A stretch of 64,000 bases of DNA from a virus: positions 52,029-116,028 of IMG/VR virus record IMGVR_UViG_3300022864_000001; one strand, written 5' to 3'. The translations under genes were made by a program, and so were the position numbers. Below are positions 48,403-57,149 of this stretch, piece after piece; position 1 is the stretch's first letter; the number at the start of each line of letters is the position of its first letter. The notes under the pieces are model-generated. The model saw nothing but the letters and a program-made list of their open reading frames with translations, was not told the DNA's origin and did not search any database.

Positions 48403-48804
48403 CTAAGAGGGCTTATCACCCATATCACTAAACAGTACATCCGGCAGCATTTTCAGCACCGGCCCCTGTTCCGGCGGCGGCGGTGCGGGCCAGTCACCAT
48501 ATTGCTGTACAGGCGGAGCATAGCCCCGATACGGCGTGGGCGAGGGGAAGATGCGGGACCGTAGAGCAGCTTGGCTTCCTTCGCGGTACCGGGCCTCTCC
48601 GTTTGCCTTGTTCCACAGCACAGATATTGCCAGCACAGCAGAAATGAACAAGACGAGCAAGAATATGCTCAACCATTTTACTAACAGTTTGTTTAATTCC
48701 GGTTCGGGCAGAGCGCTCAGGTAGAATCCCAACACTGCCAGCAAGCATAGCGCCGCTAACAAAAGCGCCCATTTGATGCCACCGAAGTTCTTGTCTTTCC
48801 TCAT
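48403..48804 (-). CDS. Two-TM membrane protein with a Pro-rich tail
   Basis: WALLLAALCLLAVLGFYL and WLSIFLLVLFISAVLAISVLW, then PSPTP...PAPPPP. Confidence 0.65.
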   Translation of the reverse strand: MRKDKNFGGIKWALLLAALCLLAVLGFYLSALPEPELNKLLVKWLSIFLLVLFISAVLAISVLWNKANGEARYREGSQAALRSRIFPSPTPYRGYAPPVQQYGDWPAPPPPEQGPVLKMLPDVLFSDMGDKPS

Positions 48805-48812
48805 CGCCACCC

Positions 48813-49466
48813 CTATGCATCCAGCCCCAACGCCCCCAATAAGTGTTGCGTTTGCCACTGGTACTCTTCGTCCCAATCAGGCGCCACCCCTCTAGCGTCT
48901 TGTGCTACGCGCCGAACCATAGGCCCGATGGTCTTCCAGCTTGATGTATCACCCAATACCAACCACCAGAACGCGTCCCAAACGACAAGTTCTGCCGGTG
49001 TCCGGTTGCTAATTTCGCCCGCAGCCCATACCGCATCTACTTCTTTGCGTGTAGCCTCACCGTTGGCGAGCCGCCTGGCCATGGCCATCACAGGGCGCAG
49101 GTTGTCATGTTCTAAAGCAGCCCGTTCAGCGTAGTCACAGATGAGGTTGCGCATTGCCTGTTCGTTCCACGTTGTTAGCCGCTTGACTAAACGGCAACTT
49201 GCTGTTGTAACACACCCGCAAGGGCATTCAATAATCGCCCCGCCAGGTTCAACCTCGAACTCGTATAGTTCAGCATCCAACCACGCAACTACATCCTCTG
49301 CTCGTGGACGAATGAAGCAGTAACAATCCCCGGTTATTTGCATTTCGTCACCTTCGCCCTCAATCGGGTAGCCCTCATACGGCAGCATCCATTCGCCTAC
49401 GTACCACTGCCAGTCAGTGAATGTTTCTATGCACCCAGTTTGCATAAACTTGTAGTAAGTCATCAT
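48813..49466 (-). CDS. Hypothetical phage protein
   Basis: YYKF...W..GEW, LYE.E, CDYAER, AR..ANGEAT..E pattern common in phage ORFs. Confidence 0.6.
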   Translation of the reverse strand: MMTYYKFMQTGCIETFTDWQWYVGEWMLPYEGYPIEGEGDEMQITGDCYCFIRPRAEDVVAWLDAELYEFEVEPGGAIIECPCGCVTTASCRLVKRLTTWNEQAMRNLICDYAERAALEHDNLRPVMAMARRLANGEATRKEVDAVWAAGEISNRTPAELVVWDAFWWLVLGDTSSWKTIGPMVRRVAQDARGVAPDWDEEYQWQTQHLLGALGLDA

Positions 49467-49819
49467 TCATCCTCCTTGCATCGTTCTGCAACCATAAGCG
49501 CGGCGCGGCAAATAGCCAACGGGACTGTATCTGCCCAAGCGCACACATTGGGGATGTCAATCGCGACAATGGCAACGTAGCAATTCGCAGTAGGGAAGAC
49601 ATTGTCATATATATCAATTCTTATATTAGTTGTGTCATGCCCCTTCCAACCGCGCCTAAAGAATTCTACTATCGGCCACGCCGATGCAATGTTGGTAGAA
49701 TAATCAGGTATCCAATCAATCTCAGTCGGTGCCTTGGTGAACCCAAACACTTCCTGCGCTACCCACAAATCCATCTTGCGGCCTGCCGGTGTATCCTCAA
49801 TGACTGGCGTCATAAACAT
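49463..49819 (-). CDS. Phage ABA-sandwich domain protein
   Basis: PAGR.MD..VA..VFG, PDYSTNIASAW.IVE, ADTVPLAICRAAL. Confidence 0.75.
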   Translation of the reverse strand: MFMTPVIEDTPAGRKMDLWVAQEVFGFTKAPTEIDWIPDYSTNIASAWPIVEFFRRGWKGHDTTNIRIDIYDNVFPTANCYVAIVAIDIPNVCAWADTVPLAICRAALMVAERCKEDE

Positions 49820-50277
49820 CAGTTATCCTCCCTACATTGTTCTACAACCATAAGCGCTGCCCGACAGATCGCCAGCGGGACTGTGTCTGCCTGAACGCGA
49901 ACCGTGGCTGTAAAGGTATCTTTGTTAGCCAAGTACAGAAACGCGTCTCTGGGCGGATAGCTCGCAGGACAGCCATTAAACATCATGCAGGCAGACAGGT
50001 TGCCGCTAAACCCCCCTATCACCACTACTTCGACTCCGTCGCTCAGCATCTTTCCCACTATCTCCCATGCTGCCGCAATGTCGGTAGAGTAGTGGTGGGG
50101 CCAAGTAGAGGGAAGCCATACGCCATAGGTCTTCCATGTACCGTCCTGGCATCGCTGCCAATTATAAATCCGTTCTGGTTCAATCAGGCCAAACACTTCC
50201 CGCGCTATCCGCAAATCTAGTTCGCGGCCTGCTGGTGTGTCGCTAATGTTTGTGTGCATAATATTGTCTTCTATCAT
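49819..50277 (-). CDS. Phage ABA-sandwich domain protein (tandem paralog)
   Basis: PAGRELD..IA..VFG, HYSTDIAAAW.IV, ADTVPLAICRAAL. Confidence 0.75.
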   Translation of the reverse strand: MIEDNIMHTNISDTPAGRELDLRIAREVFGLIEPERIYNWQRCQDGTWKTYGVWLPSTWPHHYSTDIAAAWEIVGKMLSDGVEVVVIGGFSGNLSACMMFNGCPASYPPRDAFLYLANKDTFTATVRVQADTVPLAICRAALMVVEQCREDN

Positions 50278-50318
50278 TGCACCCTCTTTATTGCATGGTT
50301 TAGGGCAATTGGGGGGGG

Positions 50319-50708
50319 CTATGGATAATGGCCATGTTTTGCCTTGTATTTCTCGGTTTCTATATCAATGGGTGTAAGTAATTGGCCCCCGTGCTTAATG
50401 AGCGGCGACATGCTGATATAAACATGCCCCTTATTCTGCTCCATCGCTCCAGTGGCTGTGGTCCTTGTGATGTCCCACCAATTTACCCGGAAGGCAATTC
50501 TACACATAGGGCAAACGTGTTTTATAGACCCAGAGCTATGGGCCTCAACAGCGCCAGTTTCTGGATCGCGCCAATCGAAACTGCTGCAGCGATTGGGGGG
50601 AAAGATGTCCTCTAATGTATCTCCCCCGCACTGGGGGCATACATATTTTGACGGCGGGAATCGCGTGCCCGCTTCGTCTGCGTTTGCCCAATCTCTTAGT
50701 TTTAGCAT
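50319..50708 (-). CDS. Zinc-ribbon protein
   Basis: CPQCG...CPMC. Confidence 0.55.
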   Translation of the reverse strand: MLKLRDWANADEAGTRFPPSKYVCPQCGGDTLEDIFPPNRCSSFDWRDPETGAVEAHSSGSIKHVCPMCRIAFRVNWWDITRTTATGAMEQNKGHVYISMSPLIKHGGQLLTPIDIETEKYKAKHGHYP

Positions 50709-50890
50709 TTCTGGCCCAGTGCCTTAAAAAGCATCTCCGCACAAAACACAAAGAATAGCAAGCCCCATCAATACAGCTATTGATAGCCCGCACGTAACAA
50801 GAACGCGGTCTGTAACATGGCTGATTACGTCAGTAAAGGCGATGGCAAGTATCCCCAAAATACAGGCCGCCAAGGCAATGCCAGACAGAA

Positions 50891-51154
50891 TTAATGCAAG
50901 CATTGGCCCGCCACATTGCTACACTCAAGAAGAGCACAAACCAACATAGCTGCTACTGTCAGCCCCCACACAAGCAGCAGTGCCGCGCCAATCGCATTCG
51001 CTATCTCGCGCAAGACGCGCCCGCCCCTGACGGCAAAGAGAATCTCGCTGCCAATAACAGCAAACACCAAAATGGCAAAAATCCTGAGAATAGCACAAAA
51101 CATCATTCGGCTACACATTTCTCCTCCCCCTGTCCATACGTTGCCATTCTCCAT
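50891..51154 (-). CDS. Small membrane protein
   Basis: Two hydrophobic helices. Confidence 0.5.
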   Translation of the reverse strand: MENGNVWTGGGEMCSRMMFCAILRIFAILVFAVIGSEILFAVRGGRVLREIANAIGAALLLVWGLTVAAMLVCALLECSNVAGQCLH

Positions 51155-51510
51155 CCTTCTGACGCGAAGCGCACAGTATGCTTGTTGCCTCGCAAGAGAC
51201 TGCTGGCAATATACTCCCCAAGCAACCCCTGTATCTTATCCAGGGCATAAGCTGCCAACGCGGGCACAGTTGCTTCTGGTATCAGGCCCGCCGCAAAGAG
51301 TTGTTCAGCGCACCACTCGTAACGTTCGCATTGTTCGAGTGTCAGCGCAAGAAGGCGGTGTTTGTCAGCCGCATAGACCAATTCCCACTTCGACACGCCG
51401 GTATCAAACACAATCTCGGTGCCAATCGTGGCTTCTAGCTTATGGAGCTCGTCTAGCAAAGCGTTTATCTGGTCATACAACTTGGCCCTGGCATCATAAC
51501 TATTCATCAT
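51103..51510 (-). CDS. RHH-like paralog 5
   Basis: LALTLEQCERYEWCAEQLFAAGLIPEATVPALAAYAL. Confidence 0.55.
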   Translation of the reverse strand: MMNSYDARAKLYDQINALLDELHKLEATIGTEIVFDTGVSKWELVYAADKHRLLALTLEQCERYEWCAEQLFAAGLIPEATVPALAAYALDKIQGLLGEYIASSLLRGNKHTVRFASEGWRMATYGQGEEKCVAE

Positions 51511-51730
51511 CTTCTTCCTTGGCACAGAGATTCTCAACAATCTCTTCTATGTGTTCTGTCACAGCCTCACTGACCCCAACCAAAAGAAACTCAACAAGGG
51601 CAGGCAACGTATCGTCTGCTATCAGTCCCTTAGCAAATACCAACGTTGCTACAGCCTGATAGCGTTCGTGCTGTTCAGGTGACATACGCACTTCGCATGA
51701 TACGTCGTCCAAGCCAGTGCCGTCACTCAT
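51500..51730 (-). CDS. RHH-like paralog 4
   Basis: EVRMSPEQHERYQAVATLVFAKGLIADDTLPALVEFLL. Confidence 0.6.
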   Translation of the reverse strand: MSDGTGLDDVSCEVRMSPEQHERYQAVATLVFAKGLIADDTLPALVEFLLVGVSEAVTEHIEEIVENLCAKEEDDE

Positions 51731-52049
51731 CCTCTTCCCCCAGGAGGCTTTCTGCAAACGCGTAGAAATCCTCGACAACTTCGCACACATATGTTGTAAC
51801 GGCTTTCCCCCACTCGGCCAGGAGAAAATCCACTAGCGCAGGCAGCGTGGCCTCTGGGATCACGACCCTAGAATGCATCAATGTTGCCAAGGCCCGATAG
51901 CCTTCGTATTGTTCAAGCGACATGCGCACTTCGCACGGTATATCAGACAAGCCCAGATCAATGACTGGTGTATCGCTGCTCTTCTCCCGATCCTCAATGT
52001 CCGCATCTGGCGGCGCTACAAAGCCTCCTTTGTTGTTATCGTTACTCAT
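51723..52049 (-). CDS. RHH-like paralog 3
   Basis: EVRMSLEQYEGYRALATLMHSRVVIPEATLPALVDFLL. Confidence 0.6.
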   Translation of the reverse strand: MSNDNNKGGFVAPPDADIEDREKSSDTPVIDLGLSDIPCEVRMSLEQYEGYRALATLMHSRVVIPEATLPALVDFLLAEWGKAVTTYVCEVVEDFYAFAESLLGEEDE

Positions 52050-52207
52050 CTTCTGCCTCCGCTGGCGCTGTCCGCCACTCATCTTCGCCCAGCGGCTCAA
52101 TAGAATACCCCAGAGGATACTGCCCTGTAGGGTATCCCCTGGCGGGGGGTTCCTTTTCGTCCATTATTACTACCCAACGAATGCCGTTGTCCTCAAGTGG
52201 AAAGCGA

Positions 52208-52468
52208 TTACTCATCTTCTTCCTCCAGCAACCCCTCCAAGAAATCCGCTATGCCAGCAGGCAAACTGTCTTCCTCGTCCCATGCCTGCATAGCCGCAGC
52301 ATAGTCTTTAGCGACTGTTGCCAGTTCAGTAAACGGCAAACTCAACACATCAACCACTGCCAAGTCGTCGAGCAGGCGGGTCAATGCAGGCATATCCCCT
52401 TTTACAGCAGCAACGATTATATCCATCTGTTGCCCAATAGTGGGCTTGCGAAACAAGTATCTGCTCAT
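52208..52468 (-). CDS. Hypothetical protein
   Basis: ATGA overlap; acidic C-terminus. Confidence 0.55.
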   Translation of the reverse strand: MSRYLFRKPTIGQQMDIIVAAVKGDMPALTRLLDDLAVVDVLSLPFTELATVAKDYAAAMQAWDEEDSLPAGIADFLEGLLEEEDE

Positions 52469-52686
52469 GGTTCTCCCCCCACGTCTTGAGGCCAGTCAGT
52501 AACCGCAATCGCGCCAGGCTTTGTCACAAAGACATCCCTCTCTATCCATACAGAATTAAGATACACCCTCAACGCCTCCCTCACCAACGCCGAGATGCTA
52601 GGCTTCGGCAACTGCCCCCGTAAGAAGAGGGTCGCAGATACGCGCTTGCAGAAATCACTCTCCCCGGCCGTAACGCGAACGTTCAC
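52465..52686 (-). CDS. RHH-like paralog 2
   Basis: NVRVTAGESDFCKRVSATLFLRGQLPKPSISALVREALRVYL. Confidence 0.65.
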   Translation of the reverse strand: MNVRVTAGESDFCKRVSATLFLRGQLPKPSISALVREALRVYLNSVWIERDVFVTKPGAIAVTDWPQDVGGEP

Positions 52687-52904
52687 GTCGCCCCCTCCAT
52701 CCAGACGGAATTAATCAATCCGCCCACAACACGGTTTCTGCTTGCCAACTCAAGCGACTGGCTCCCCATGATGAGTATATGGTCTTCATCGCCCACAGCA
52801 CCCTGCGCACCCGCCATCGTTTTGAAGGCCCCAGTAAGCTCCCACTTGCCACCATCAGGCCAATCACCCTCGCCCACAAATAGCAGATACATCGGCTTTT
52901 TCAT
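52683..52904 (-). CDS. Small protein, paralog of 52901..53149
   Basis: YLLFVGE...GG.W.L...F.TM. Confidence 0.6.
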   Translation of the reverse strand: MKKPMYLLFVGEGDWPDGGKWELTGAFKTMAGAQGAVGDEDHILIMGSQSLELASRNRVVGGLINSVWMEGAT

Positions 52905-53149
52905 GCCGCCTCCAAGTTGCAGGATATGCCGACCGCAGGCTCGGTCCAGCCCAGCTTGCCATAGTTTACAAGTGCTAGTTTTAACACACCGTCCCCCACA
53001 GTGACAATGTGTGCCCAATAACCACCCCACTCACTAAGCTCTTGAGAACCAGCCGCGCGGGCCTCCTCCATTGTCCCGAAAAATGCTTTGAGGTCCCATA
53101 TGCCCCCATAGGAACGATAGTCCTCTCCGGCGAATAGAAGATATATCAT
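52901..53149 (-). CDS. Small protein, paralog of 52683..52904
   Basis: YLLFAGEDY...GGIWDL..FF.TMEEA. Confidence 0.6.
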   Translation of the reverse strand: MIYLLFAGEDYRSYGGIWDLKAFFGTMEEARAAGSQELSEWGGYWAHIVTVGDGVLKLALVNYGKLGWTEPAVGISCNLEAA

Positions 53150-53157
53150 GTCGCTAC

Positions 53158-53355
53158 CTAGTCAAAACCGGCCTGTGCCCAAGCAATGTATGCAAAGATG
53201 ATAAAGCTGATAAACACCATAAGAAAAATCGTTAGGGCCGTTCCGGCAGACGCACCCTCACCCAACAGCGACGCAGTGCGCCCCGCTACACCAAGCAGCC
53301 AACTGACTGTTCCGTAAACCAACAGTGCACCTATGATCCATACCTGGTTCTTCAT
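53158..53355 (-). CDS. Small two-TM membrane protein
   Basis: MKNQVWIIGALLVYG...LTIFLMVFISFIIFAYIAW. Confidence 0.55.
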   Translation of the reverse strand: MKNQVWIIGALLVYGTVSWLLGVAGRTASLLGEGASAGTALTIFLMVFISFIIFAYIAWAQAGFD

Positions 53356-53429
53356 GTTGCCCCCAATAGTGGTCTCGTAACCCGCGACGGCATCTTGTTC
53401 ACCATGTCTATGTATTCCTGTGATGTGTC

Positions 53430-53660
53430 CTAGTCCCGTGGTGGCATCGCGAAATAGGTTGGCCAGCTGCTCACGGGGCAGTCGCGAGCCCCTGATTTGA
53501 ATACGTCCCGCCCTACCCCCAGTACATCCAAGTACCGCGCCAACGCTTCTTTTATGAGTGCCGACGCCGTTGGCTCCCCCAGTTGCCCACGTACAAACAA
53601 CTCTTTTGCTACGCCCCTGCAAACTCGCCCCTCTTCATACGTCATGTCAATGTCCATCAA
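53430..53660 (-). CDS. RHH-like paralog 1 (first gene of the leftward operon)
   Basis: DIDMTYEEGRVCRGVAKELFVRGQLGEPTASALIKEALARYL; SD AGGAGG. Confidence 0.65.
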   Translation of the reverse strand: MMDIDMTYEEGRVCRGVAKELFVRGQLGEPTASALIKEALARYLDVLGVGRDVFKSGARDCPVSSWPTYFAMPPRD

Positions 53661-53690
53661 ACTACCTCCTATATGTGATATTGTACCACC

Positions 53691-53719
53691 ATTTTACCAC
53701 ACGTCGCAGAAACGCGCAA
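53691..53719 (-). promoter_or_regulatory. Leftward promoter
   Basis: TTGCGC-N17-TAAAAT with extended TG. Confidence 0.6.
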
Positions 53720-54349
53720 ATGGCAGAACGCACAAAAGCGGAACGGAACGGATACCGCGACAAGAAACCCGAATCAACGCCAAAAGAGAGCAAATAATGC
53801 CAGAAAACTGAAATTTCAACTAGCAAAATATCGCATTTGCACCAAATCCCGCAAAATGGAACGGAACAAAAGTGCAACTACCAACACCAAAACAGGCCAC
53901 AGTGTCAGGCACAGGCGTTCCGCTCCACGCTCCCAGGGGCAACGCAACGAGCCGACAGCACAGAGCGACAGGCAATAAGGACAAAGAAGGCCCAAAACGG
54001 GAATCTGGTCTGGGAACAGGTAGAACAGCGACTTATGTAAACTGGACATAATGTTGGGGTGGGGGGTGTTATGTCTACCCGCGCGCGCCCCTGCACGCTG
54101 GCCCGGCGTGTGCTATATGCATTGCGATGCACATTCAGACTATATATGATATGTAAGCTGAACATGTGTTCTACACTACGTGTACAATCGATTGTACTCA
54201 CGCCATAGTTATGCGCGATACTCTCAGCTTGTTATGTCTTGTGTTAGCGAATTGCCTATTGACAACGTGGTCCAGATGCATCATAATGGTTACAGTGTAT
54301 CATATGGTACACTATAATGTACGACTAGATATATCCTGGGAGGGATACA

Positions 54350-55240
54350 ATGTCCAGCAAGAATCAAGACACGACTGCTAATAGCACGGCAGACGTGACG
54401 GAAATCGGTGAGAATGAGAAGACCGCGAAGACGCAAGAGGAAATACTCGCTGGGTACGCGGTGGAAGTGAACGGCAAGACCCTGGCCGAATACGAAAGCT
54501 TGATCCATGAAACGTGGAACGTATCCACGTTAGCACGTCTGAAAGTCGGTATGCTATTGTCCATAGTTGTGGACAACAAGATGCTTGACGGAATAGACGT
54601 CAAGTTTTCCGAATGGGTCCAGGATCAGTTTTCAATTAAACCGTCATACGCGTATTTGCTCATGCGTGTGTGGGCAGACAAAGAAATCCGTCTGCTAGTC
54701 CAGGATCATGCCATGCCGCTTGAAGCGGCTGGAAACGCGTTGTCGCTGGGGACGAAATACGGTACCGGCGCAAGAAAAGAACTGACGGACTACGCACTCG
54801 TTGCTGATGGCACGGTTTGCAAATCCGCTAACGTGCTACGACGTAAAGCTGTAGAAATCAGAACGAAGGAGAACGCTCCAGCAGAAGCTCCAGCGCCGGC
54901 GTCTCCATCAGACGAGCTACGCGCCGCATTGTCTGTACAACGTGTGCTAGCGCAGGAGCGCACACGCTTGATGAGTAGCGTCAAGGCAATTGACGTCCGC
55001 GCCAGTGCTAACAATGACGAAATCGCCCGATTGACAATCCTGGTCAAAAGCCTGGCCGGCGATGTGGAAACCGAACCGGAAACCGAAGCTGAACCGGATC
55101 AACCGAATGCCACGCGCGCGGCTATGATTATGGCCACGAAGCATAACGTGGATTTGGACGATGTGACCGGTAGCCTGGCCGGCGGACGTGTGAACGTCCA
55201 GGACGTCAGGGACGCCATCAAGGCTGGACAAACCGCATAG
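54350..55240 (+). CDS. DUF3102-like putative DNA-binding protein with a C-terminal E3-binding (PSBD) domain
   Basis: RLKVGMLL...FSEWVQDQFSIKPSYAYLLMRV; coiled coil; NATRAAMIMATKHNVDLDDVTGSLAGGRVNVQDV. Confidence 0.7.
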   Translation: MSSKNQDTTANSTADVTEIGENEKTAKTQEEILAGYAVEVNGKTLAEYESLIHETWNVSTLARLKVGMLLSIVVDNKMLDGIDVKFSEWVQDQFSIKPSYAYLLMRVWADKEIRLLVQDHAMPLEAAGNALSLGTKYGTGARKELTDYALVADGTVCKSANVLRRKAVEIRTKENAPAEAPAPASPSDELRAALSVQRVLAQERTRLMSSVKAIDVRASANNDEIARLTILVKSLAGDVETEPETEAEPDQPNATRAAMIMATKHNVDLDDVTGSLAGGRVNVQDVRDAIKAGQTA

Positions 55241-55255
55241 TCTAGCACGAACACA

Positions 55256-55292
55256 GAAACCCTACCACAGATTCAACGTGGTAGGGCTTCTT
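55256..55292 (+). terminator. Probable intrinsic terminator
   Basis: CCCTACCAC-N9-GTGGTAGGG followed by CTTCTT, right after the stop. Confidence 0.6.
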
Positions 55293-55304
55293 CGCGTCTA
55301 CAAT

Positions 55305-55452
55305 CTACACCTAAGCCTAAGCCTACACCTAAGCCCACGTGTATACTGAAACGTCGCATACCACACGTCCACGACCTCGCAGACCACCTGGCCACGACCT
55401 CGCAGGAGCATATGCTCACGACCTCGCACACACACACGACCACGACCACACG
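55305..55452. repeat. Iteron-like direct repeats
   Basis: (TACA)CCTAAG repeats, then CACGACCTCGCA at 55370, 55393 and 55417, plus degenerate CACGAC copies. Confidence 0.75.
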
Positions 55453-55578
55453 TATCCTGTAACGTCACAGAATCCCCCACCCTTGACAATGACGTCAAGA
55501 TGTGCTATAATGTATACAGATGAAGCAGCAACCGCAGCAGCAACCGACAAGTCCAATCGATTGCACAAGGGGGAAACG

Positions 55579-55923
55579 ATGTACACCACGCTCTACACGT
55601 CCACAGAGCACTTTGACCACGAGAAGATGATGCAACTGCTTCTCAACCGCAACATTCTCTGCAATGTGTTCCCAATGCAGAGTGTCGCGCAGCGCCGGGA
55701 AACCGGCGAATGCTTTATCGAGACCGGCGCCAAAGTTGACATCTTCGACATCGCGCCGGACGCATTGATCCAGCTATGGACATCTATGCGGGATCACCTG
55801 GGCATTCACTGTCTGTACATTGAGTGCGACGGCTATTCCAATTGTATCTGCAACTGGGCACCGTATCGCCAGCAGTGCGCTTCCAACGGCATGGTGCCAC
55901 TGGAGTGCAGCGAGTACGACTAG
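55579..55923 (+). CDS. Early hypothetical protein (Cys-rich)
   Basis: SD AAGGGGG after palindrome A; stop followed by palindrome A. Confidence 0.7.
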   Translation: MYTTLYTSTEHFDHEKMMQLLLNRNILCNVFPMQSVAQRRETGECFIETGAKVDIFDIAPDALIQLWTSMRDHLGIHCLYIECDGYSNCICNWAPYRQQCASNGMVPLECSEYD

Positions 55924-55977
55924 TCCAATCGATTGAAGCCCCGCGGTAGTGAACCGCGGGGCGAAAGGAGTACGGCA

Positions 55978-56304
55978 ATGAAACGAAAGTCTGTCATTCT
56001 GGCAATCCTGTTGTTGGTAGTTGTGTTCGCGAGCGGGTGGTGCCCCATTGAGATTTGGGATCAAGTAGTGGGGCCACAACTTACCCAGGGCGAGTTAATC
56101 GCTTTGCTGGGTCCGCCCGATTTCGTTGGCACGTTTGCTAACGAGTATTATGACGGGCCACTATGGCAATACTACGATTTGACAGTAGATTGCGCCGGTG
56201 ACGGCACGGTCTACAATCAAAACTTCCTGTTTGAAAACGGAAGGGTTTTCTACGACTGGGTTGAATCCACACGGCGAGTCAATCTTTTCCTGCCGCTCAT
56301 CTAG
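55978..56304 (+). CDS. Exported protein with a SmpA/BamE-like motif
   Basis: Signal peptide MKRKSVILAILLLVVVFA; LTQGELIALLGPPD...WQYY...FENGRV. Confidence 0.65.
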   Translation: MKRKSVILAILLLVVVFASGWCPIEIWDQVVGPQLTQGELIALLGPPDFVGTFANEYYDGPLWQYYDLTVDCAGDGTVYNQNFLFENGRVFYDWVESTRRVNLFLPLI

Positions 56305-56325
56305 TCCAATCGATTGGAGGATAAC

Positions 56326-56583
56326 GTGAAACCATACAACGAGCAAGTGCTAGGACGTCCAGCAACTCTGTTTACAAAACCTGGCCAAACCATCAAGTGG
56401 TCTTGGACTGATTCGCAGAACTCCGGATCCGTCCCAAACCAGTCTGTTGACGTGTTCGCAGACGACAGCGACAGCAACATATTCGAAGACTCTGAGAAGT
56501 GCGCCGCCGGTTATTGGAAGGACAAGCTTGTTGTCACGTGGCATACGCAGTGTGACACGTGGTGGGTTTACAGCAGCCTGTAG
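56326..56583 (+). CDS. Early hypothetical protein
   Basis: GTG start after CAATCGATT-GGAGG. Confidence 0.65.
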   Translation: MKPYNEQVLGRPATLFTKPGQTIKWSWTDSQNSGSVPNQSVDVFADDSDSNIFEDSEKCAAGYWKDKLVVTWHTQCDTWWVYSSL

Positions 56584-56655
56584 CATCCAATCGATTGAAC
56601 GCCGACATTGACAACATCAGCCCCGTCTGCTATGGTGGGGCCAAGGAGAATTGAT

Positions 56656-56871
56656 ATGAAACCGTATCTCAAGATCAAGAAGGGCGCCTCGCGCCGAATG
56701 AGAGCGGACGCCAACCCGACTTTCGAAGAATGGATGGCTGCCCTAGACCGCATCCTGTGGAAGTACCGCGGACTGAGTATCTACGACCTGCCCGATTGCC
56801 AGTATCGTAACTGGTTCGACAGCCGCCTCAAGCCGGCATTCGCAATCAACCGCGCACTACGAAACGCATAG
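56656..56871 (+). CDS. Early hypothetical protein
   Basis: SD AAGGAG; TFEEWM..LD......GLS..DLPD..YR.WFD motif. Confidence 0.7.
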   Translation: MKPYLKIKKGASRRMRADANPTFEEWMAALDRILWKYRGLSIYDLPDCQYRNWFDSRLKPAFAINRALRNA

Positions 56872-57149
56872 CAGAAACAGGCCACAGGAACAGGCCCAAA
56901 TCCGTCAGGGGAACAGGCCCCATCGGTCATCATGTAGTCAGGCCCTCTCGCGACGCCGGGGCTACGGCTCGCGGCGCAAGGGGAGGCCCTTGACAACACA
57001 GGCCCCATACGTCATAATGGGGTCAGGCCCCTCCTGCCGCGGCCTGCTGCGGCACGCTTGTGGGGTGGTTAGCTAAATTGCACCACCAACGGCGGGAGGG
57101 GTCAAATACGCTTGTCGCAGAGACAGGCCAATCGATTGGAGAGGATACG

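Noticed and set aside
55339-55578. His/Asp-rich N-terminal extension of ORF 55339..55923
   Set aside because: It is the translation of the iteron-like repeats and promoter; the real start with an SD is at 55579.
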